From a virus (Duplodnaviria > Caudoviricetes), in IMG/VR virus record IMGVR_UViG_3300032233_002001, positions 1 through 31,686 of that record: a stretch of DNA of 31,686 nt, one strand, 5' to 3'. The notes beneath the pieces are model-generated. The model worked only from the letters and a program-made list of their open reading frames with translations, searched no databases and was not told where the DNA came from. Position numbers and translations under genes: made by a program. Shown here piece by piece: positions 26,043 to 31,686 of the stretch; position 1 is the stretch's first letter; each line of letters begins with the position of its first letter.

Positions 26043-27410
26043 TTATCCTCCAATTCTTTCTAAATTAGAATTAACCGCATCTAAAAATTCCTTTGATAGG
26101 TCATAATTATTTTTCAAATCAAGAAAAATATTTCTAGATTCTTCACATAACCCACACCACCAACTTGAAACTGCTTTTTGAAAAAGAATTCCATATTTTT
26201 GAGGATAATTCAAAGATGTTCTAAGTGAATAAGAATTATGATCGGAGACTTCTTGTCCGATTGAAGCAATCATATAACAATCATTCCACTTTCCATCATT
26301 ATTTTCTCTTTCATAAAAACGGCTTAAATGATAGTATGCTTCTGGTCTTGTAGGTAAGATAGTAACTGCATGTTGTAGTAATCCTTTAACAGTAAAATTT
26401 CTTGTTCCTTGAGAATCAAAACATATAGATGCACAAATTAAACATTCATATTGCAACTCCTTACTAGTTGCTCTCTCCGCTGTTCTGAGATAATAAGAAA
26501 TTGCGGATGCATGTTGCCCAATACTCTCATAATAAGCTGCTAGTTTATAATTATTTTCGGGGTCTTCGGAATCATAAACAAAGTTGCAAATTAACGAATT
26601 TAAATCACTCTTTTCAAAAGTATTAATAATGCGAGTCCTATTGACACTTACCATAATTTCCTCAACTGATTTATTTTTTCCATTCTGTATCCACCAATTT
26701 CTTACTACTTCTTCAGATTTTAAATTTGATTCTTTTGTTTGTAAATCAGTATAAAAGGGATAAAAATTTGAAGGTAGTTTTACCTTCTCCGTAAATAATG
26801 GGACAGTAAAGCATTCTGGTTCACCTAAAAAGAAAATAACATTTTCTATATATGGAATAGAATTTGGATCACCTTTAATGTGAAGAATATATTTTTCCCC
26901 ATCACAAAAATCATCAATCAATCTTTTTGCATATTCTCTAGAAATTAAATATGCGGCTCCAGACCAGTTAGCACAAGTTCTTGAATGTAATTGCACATTA
27001 TTTTCCAAAGCATGAGGTTCTCTTACCATACACATTTGAATTATATTCCATTTGTGCGGAAGATTTTTCATCACATCATTCCAAGTAAAATTCCAATAAT
27101 CAACTGTCTCAAAATTAATGTCGTCCTCAAAGAATACTGCATATGGTGCATTACTATTATAATACCATTCTTTTACCATTTTTAAATGTGATATGGTACA
27201 GGCAATATCACAAGATGACATCTGGTTTAAAAAATTTCCAGTTATATTTGGATGATTAGTGAAGTCATTTTCTTTAGCATTATACCCAAAAATCATCGTA
27301 TGATTTTTTATATTATACTTCTCAAATTGCTCCAGAATACTTTTTTGTCGTTCGTGTGATTCCTCTAAAGTTAACCAATAAACTTCAGGAAAATTACATA
27401 ATTTACTCAT
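26043..27410 (-). CDS. GT25-like glycosyltransferase fused to a TPR-like domain (start at MSKLCNF)
   Basis: YWLTLEESHER, CTISHL, FFEDD, AAYLISREYAK; C-terminal helical repeats (SAISYYLRTAE, PTRPEAYYHLSR); ATGA overlap at 27410. Confidence 0.75.
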   Translation of the reverse strand: MSKLCNFPEVYWLTLEESHERQKSILEQFEKYNIKNHTMIFGYNAKENDFTNHPNITGNFLNQMSSCDIACTISHLKMVKEWYYNSNAPYAVFFEDDINFETVDYWNFTWNDVMKNLPHKWNIIQMCMVREPHALENNVQLHSRTCANWSGAAYLISREYAKRLIDDFCDGEKYILHIKGDPNSIPYIENVIFFLGEPECFTVPLFTEKVKLPSNFYPFYTDLQTKESNLKSEEVVRNWWIQNGKNKSVEEIMVSVNRTRIINTFEKSDLNSLICNFVYDSEDPENNYKLAAYYESIGQHASAISYYLRTAERATSKELQYECLICASICFDSQGTRNFTVKGLLQHAVTILPTRPEAYYHLSRFYERENNDGKWNDCYMIASIGQEVSDHNSYSLRTSLNYPQKYGILFQKAVSSWWCGLCEESRNIFLDLKNNYDLSKEFLDAVNSNLERIGG

Positions 27411-29803
27411 AATCTTACAATAAAACAATCCTCTGAGAATTCAACATTTCCAAAAATTTCATTCACTGCTTGCTTTACTCCAGGACACCAATCTACATCT
27501 CCAACATAATAATCATGCCCTGCAAGTATTCCTCCAGATTTTACTTTTGGTATCCACGCAAGAATATCATTTTTCACATCTTCATATTCGTGTGAAGCAT
27601 CAATAAAAACAAAGTCTAGCGATTTATCTCTAAATTTTGATACTGCACTTAGCGAACTAATTTTTAATGGAAAATAATATGGTTCAACTGGTCTCATATT
27701 TTCTATGAAAATATTATAAAGTTCTGATAATTCACCATATTCTTGATGTTCTACACTTCCTTCCCAAGTATCAACACAATAAAAATCAATTTCTTTATTT
27801 GAATTGGCAATTTCAACTGCCATAAATGCGGAAGATTTTCCTTTCCATGACCCAACTTCTACAAATTTAGAACCAGTTGGAAATTGATTCACTATTCTTT
27901 TGTATAGATTTGGATATGAAAACCAATTTTCTCCAAACTGCGATTGCTGATAGATATGATTCATTTTTTTAGGCTGTATGTATGCTTTATCTTTATTTTC
28001 TTGAAATAGAAATTCATAAACATTTTCAAGTTCAAAAATTTTAGATGGTAAAAGATTGATTGGATAATTTTTAAGAATGTGATCTTCTCTTCCTAAAGGA
28101 TCTAATGAATTTTCTTTTGCTTCATAATTTTCCTGAAGACTCACTTCATTCCAGTGTAAAAAAGAATTTACCTTTTTTTCTTTTATTTTCTGATCTCCCA
28201 TCCAACTAAAATGCCAACCCCCTTCTAGTATTTTTTCATTCTGAGTAATAAAAAAGTCAGAGAACTTTATTGAATTTGTATTTAATGTTTTAGATTCTCT
28301 AATATCAGAAAGAGAATATTCGTTTAAATGATGCTTCATACAAAAGAAAGGACAATTCCATTCAATAGGATTGTCATTCTTATCATATGCACGGAGATTT
28401 GCTTTTCCTATTAAAAATGGCATTAGAACTCTCAAAATATGATCTGGATTTTTTTTCACAACATCTGCAAAATGTTCAATTAAATCTGGATTCATAATTT
28501 CATCACAATCACTTACAAAGCAAATATCATCATCATCTATAAAAGATTCTGCTACATTTCTTTGAAGTCTTTCTCTAACCCAGGGATCTGGATCTTCCTC
28601 ATATCCAGGAAGTTCAACATTTAAAACAATAATTTTATCAGAAGATAAATTAAGTTCTTCTAAAGTTTCCATACAAGTAAATGGTTTTGAGTCACCTTTA
28701 TGTGTTTTATTTGCGTCACAAATAATAAACTTATCTACTTTATCTTCAAGTAATTTAATTCTTAGTTCTAGTAATTCTTTTTCATTAAAATATGTAAAAC
28801 AATCTACGATTTTATTTTTTTTACTGAATGAAAAGTCCATAAAATTTTCTAATGTTTTAAGAGAAAATCTTAAAACATATGCAGCATTATCTTGAAAACC
28901 AAAGGTAATCAAATAGTCGCCTTTATATTCCGTAAAACCAACACAAAATTCAACATCTCCACCCATTAGAGAAAATTCATTAGAATACTTAACAATATTC
29001 CAATTTTTATCCCAAATTACAAATCTGTGATAATATCTAGCATCTTTTCTTCCTACCTCACTATTAAATAAATCAACCTCATGAGTACAAGCAATATAAT
29101 AATCCCCAATTGTAATTACTTGAGAACCGCCTCTTATATCTCTTGGAAGACCTATTGAATTGCTAAAATGAACTGTAGTAGATGTTTGAGTTTCTGGATT
29201 GACTTTTACAACTTCTGTAGGATTGCTCCACTTTATGTAATGATAGGGAGTGTCAAGAATTGGCATCCAATTCTTTTCACAATAAGAATTTGGATCATTA
29301 GGTGGAGGAATTCTAAATCTATCTACTTCTACTACAGAATCATCCAGAACTTCAATTTCGCAAAGTTCCATTCTTCCAGTTCCAATTGTGTCCAAGTCTC
29401 TTCTTACACCAGACACATATAGTTTTTCATTCCATCTAAAGATTCTAGCATCCTCAAGACCTACAAATTCCCAGAGTTCTTGATCTGGAAACTTGGAAGT
29501 ATCAATCTTATTATATCGTATAATATTCAAATCATCATCAAGTTCACAATAATAATTCCAAGTTCTTAAGTGTATATCATTTTCAGGATGCACATAAGTT
29601 AATGGACCCCAAGCGTGTTGAAATAACTTCTTCTCTGAATGATAAAAAGTATAATTTACATGACGAACAATTACTCTAATCTTATCTCCATCTACAAAAA
29701 TGGATGGATTACAAAGCCCAGTTCCATTTGTGAGTTCTGCTGGAATAATCAGAGGTTTAATTGTTCCACCATTTTGAATAGCAAGACTTGCGAACGATGT
29801 CAT
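27407..29803 (-). CDS. Three-domain enzyme: beta-propeller glycosidase-like, GT17-like GlcNAc transferase and class I SAM methyltransferase
   Basis: NPSI/GLEDARIF/EKNWMP; DCFTYFNEKELLELR...SDCDEI...GGWHFSW; VEVGSWKGKS...FIDASHEY...GGILAGHDY. Confidence 0.75.
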   Translation of the reverse strand: MTSFASLAIQNGGTIKPLIIPAELTNGTGLCNPSIFVDGDKIRVIVRHVNYTFYHSEKKLFQHAWGPLTYVHPENDIHLRTWNYYCELDDDLNIIRYNKIDTSKFPDQELWEFVGLEDARIFRWNEKLYVSGVRRDLDTIGTGRMELCEIEVLDDSVVEVDRFRIPPPNDPNSYCEKNWMPILDTPYHYIKWSNPTEVVKVNPETQTSTTVHFSNSIGLPRDIRGGSQVITIGDYYIACTHEVDLFNSEVGRKDARYYHRFVIWDKNWNIVKYSNEFSLMGGDVEFCVGFTEYKGDYLITFGFQDNAAYVLRFSLKTLENFMDFSFSKKNKIVDCFTYFNEKELLELRIKLLEDKVDKFIICDANKTHKGDSKPFTCMETLEELNLSSDKIIVLNVELPGYEEDPDPWVRERLQRNVAESFIDDDDICFVSDCDEIMNPDLIEHFADVVKKNPDHILRVLMPFLIGKANLRAYDKNDNPIEWNCPFFCMKHHLNEYSLSDIRESKTLNTNSIKFSDFFITQNEKILEGGWHFSWMGDQKIKEKKVNSFLHWNEVSLQENYEAKENSLDPLGREDHILKNYPINLLPSKIFELENVYEFLFQENKDKAYIQPKKMNHIYQQSQFGENWFSYPNLYKRIVNQFPTGSKFVEVGSWKGKSSAFMAVEIANSNKEIDFYCVDTWEGSVEHQEYGELSELYNIFIENMRPVEPYYFPLKISSLSAVSKFRDKSLDFVFIDASHEYEDVKNDILAWIPKVKSGGILAGHDYYVGDVDWCPGVKQAVNEIFGNVEFSEDCFIVRL

Positions 29804-29833
29804 ACCCAGATTAAAAAATCGCTGTTATTTTAC

Positions 29834-29862
29834 ATAATACCACAATCAAAACGACTTGTCAA
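29834..29862 (-). promoter_or_regulatory. Sigma70-type promoter (TTGACA-N17-TATTAT, extended -10) for the glycosyltransferase operon
   Basis: -35 at 29862-29857; -10 at 29839-29834, preceded by TGG. Confidence 0.82.
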
Positions 29863-30270
29863 TTACGCAGGTGGTTCTGCTGGAGGTTCTATGACTTCTT
29901 GTACTGGAGGCTCTACTGGAGATTCTATGATTTCTTGTACTGGAGTCCAAGGAAATATATCTGTGACAATTGGAGGATTGTATTTTAAACTAATTTCATT
30001 TGCAAGATTATTTTGTAATACAGAAACATCCAAACTAGACTCTAACCACTGTATTACTTGCTCTTCAGTCAAAGAAGAGACATCAATAAAGCTGTCTGGG
30101 GAAGGAGTTGGTAATGGATATGCATTATTACAACTCGCAGTGTATTGATTTCCACTCACTTCTTGAGCTGTATAAGTCCAATAAACCGTCTTAATTACAT
30201 CACTTAAGTTATTTTCTTCTGTAATATATTCTAATTTTATAATTGACCAACTATAACTGAGTTCTGACAT
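29863..30270 (-). CDS. Hypothetical protein, tail-fibre-associated type, with Pro/Glu-rich repeated tail (start at MSELSY)
   Basis: YSWSIIKLE...VIKTVYW...SLTEEQVIQWL; the 30270 start avoids overlap with the upstream gene. Confidence 0.65.
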   Translation of the reverse strand: MSELSYSWSIIKLEYITEENNLSDVIKTVYWTYTAQEVSGNQYTASCNNAYPLPTPSPDSFIDVSSLTEEQVIQWLESSLDVSVLQNNLANEISLKYNPPIVTDIFPWTPVQEIIESPVEPPVQEVIEPPAEPPA

Positions 30271-30277
30271 AATTGAA

Positions 30278-30928
30278 TTAGCATACTCCGTATTTAGATT
30301 TAAGATTATTGCACTGCGTCTCCATACTCTCAAAACCCTTTACAGTCATCCAAGTTACCATAGAATATCGATTTCCCTTTGTGACTGGTTCAACACCGTG
30401 ACGATAATGACGATTGGAAGGAAAGCAAACTAAAAGTCCTGGTTCTGGACGAACTTTAATCTTTAAATCAGGAAATATAAAATCTCCACCTTCAAAATCA
30501 TCATTTAAATAAAGAACCATAGACAAATCACGGTCTACAGTCTTTCTCCAAATTTGTGTTTGGTCTGGTGCAGTCCAAATACCTTCACCATCAATATGAG
30601 GTTGATAGTGTCCGCCTAAACCATAGCACAACAGTTGTGGAACCTCACTACTGTTTACTTCAAATTGATAAAAAGGATTAATGACATTTTTTACAATATG
30701 ATGAAGTAGTTCATTCACTTGAGGAAAAACTGGTTCAATTGGTGCAATTTGAGTATTTCTTGTTTTCTTATCTACAATCCACTCAGTTCCTCTGGTTTGA
30801 TTGGATTTATCTGGGTCAAATACCGAAAGGTCTTCTTTCTGTGAAGTTTTGATATGATTCAAAAGAGCATCAATTCCTTCTTGATTGATGATATTTGGAG
30901 CAATTAAAATTTGAGATAATAAGTTCAT
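30278..30928 (-). CDS. 2OG-Fe(II) oxygenase (prolyl-4-hydroxylase-like)
   Basis: HYQPHID (HxD), LSMVLYLNDDFEGG, FPSN...HGVEPVTKGNRYSMVTW. Confidence 0.92.
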   Translation of the reverse strand: MNLLSQILIAPNIINQEGIDALLNHIKTSQKEDLSVFDPDKSNQTRGTEWIVDKKTRNTQIAPIEPVFPQVNELLHHIVKNVINPFYQFEVNSSEVPQLLCYGLGGHYQPHIDGEGIWTAPDQTQIWRKTVDRDLSMVLYLNDDFEGGDFIFPDLKIKVRPEPGLLVCFPSNRHYRHGVEPVTKGNRYSMVTWMTVKGFESMETQCNNLKSKYGVC

Positions 30929-30951
30929 AATGAATATAATGTAATTTGAAG

Positions 30952-30959
30952 TATTTATC
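30952..30959 (-). promoter_or_regulatory. Late-promoter variant GATAAATA overlapping the upstream stop codon
   Basis: 23 nt upstream of the oxygenase ATG. Confidence 0.5.
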
Positions 30960-31686
30960 CTATTGGTGTGTTGGAGGTTGCTGCTGGACGATATCTTGCA
31001 GAACTTAATGGACCTCTTACGGATGCTGTAGAAGAATCATTAGAGAAATTTATACGGTCTACTGTTGTTACAGCACTACCACTAAACCACCCATAATTAG
31101 AGTTTCCGGTTGCTGACAATGCAGATGTTTGTACGCTTAATGGGCCTCTTACGGATGCAGTAGAAGCATCATTAGAGAAATCTATGCGGTGTACTGTTGA
31201 TACTATTGTTGTAGGGTCAATTCTACCACCACCAAACCATCCATAATTAGAGTTTCCTGTTGCTGCTGGATAAGTTCTTATTGAACTTAATGGACCTCTT
31301 ACTGATGCTGTAGAGGAATCATTAGAGAAATTTATGCGGTCTACTGTTGAAAGTATTACTATTGGAGGTGATTGAATTGAACCTCCACCAAACCAACCGT
31401 AGTTAGAGTTTCCTGTTGCTGTTAATTTGTATCTTGCAGAACTTAATGGGCCTCTTACGGATGCAGTAGAAGAATCATTAGAGAAATCTATACGGTCTAC
31501 TGTTGAAAACTGTGGTGAAGCAAATCCACCACCAAACCAACCGTAGTTAGAGTTTCCTGTTGCTGCTAATTGGGTCCTAGCAAGACTTAATGCTCCTCCT
31601 CTTGGTGATGCTGTTCCAGTATCATTAGAAAAATCTATACGGTCTACTGTTGCTACTACTGCTGGAGTACTACCACCACCAAACCA
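30955..31686 (-). CDS. Kelch-like beta-propeller repeat protein (5' end beyond window; not in track)
   Basis: Five visible repeats of about 45-52 aa, WFGGG-x-STVDRIDFSNDSSTASVRGPLS-x-ATGNSNYG; stop TAA at 30957-30955. Confidence 0.8.
   Translation of the reverse strand, partial: WFGGGSTPAVVATVDRIDFSNDTGTASPRGGALSLARTQLAATGNSNYGWFGGGFASPQFSTVDRIDFSNDSSTASVRGPLSSARYKLTATGNSNYGWFGGGSIQSPPIVILSTVDRINFSNDSSTASVRGPLSSIRTYPAATGNSNYGWFGGGRIDPTTIVSTVHRIDFSNDASTASVRGPLSVQTSALSATGNSNYGWFSGSAVTTVDRINFSNDSSTASVRGPLSSARYRPAATSNTPIG

Noticed and set aside
30955-31686. Diversity-generating retroelement target or CRISPR array
   Set aside because: No reverse transcriptase or template repeat in the window; variation includes indels and the repeats stay in one coding frame. 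An element outside the window cannot be excluded.

Overview
AT-rich, gene-dense segment of a T4-like myovirus, most likely a cyanophage. The gene set, the cyanobacterial-type ThyX and a glutamine-riboswitch-like RNA point that way, but the host is inferred. Left half: late structural module with collagen- and repeat-containing fibre proteins, a split gp5, a gp27-like hub, two paralogous tape-measure-like proteins (one with lysozyme plus M23 domains), gp51, gp26 and a gp54-like tube protein, followed by divergent gp4, gp2, gp48 and gp53. Middle: replication and nucleotide genes (Mom-like GNAT, gp32, gp59, gp33, exonuclease, phoH, thyX) and a small sigma70 unit with tandem glutamine-riboswitch-like aptamers and a 33-aa peptide. 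Right: glutaredoxin, a glycosyltransferase/methyltransferase/2OG-Fe(II) island and a Kelch-like repeat protein. Top finding: a complete -1 programmed-frameshift signature (T TTT TTC, 6-nt spacer, 9-bp hairpin) that would fuse gp26 to gp51 directly upstream of the tape-measure-like genes, resembling the lambda gpG/gpGT chaperone system. Also notable is a homing-endonuclease-like remnant that now carries the exonuclease promoter. Protein calls come from recognising motifs and synteny by eye; no database searches were run.
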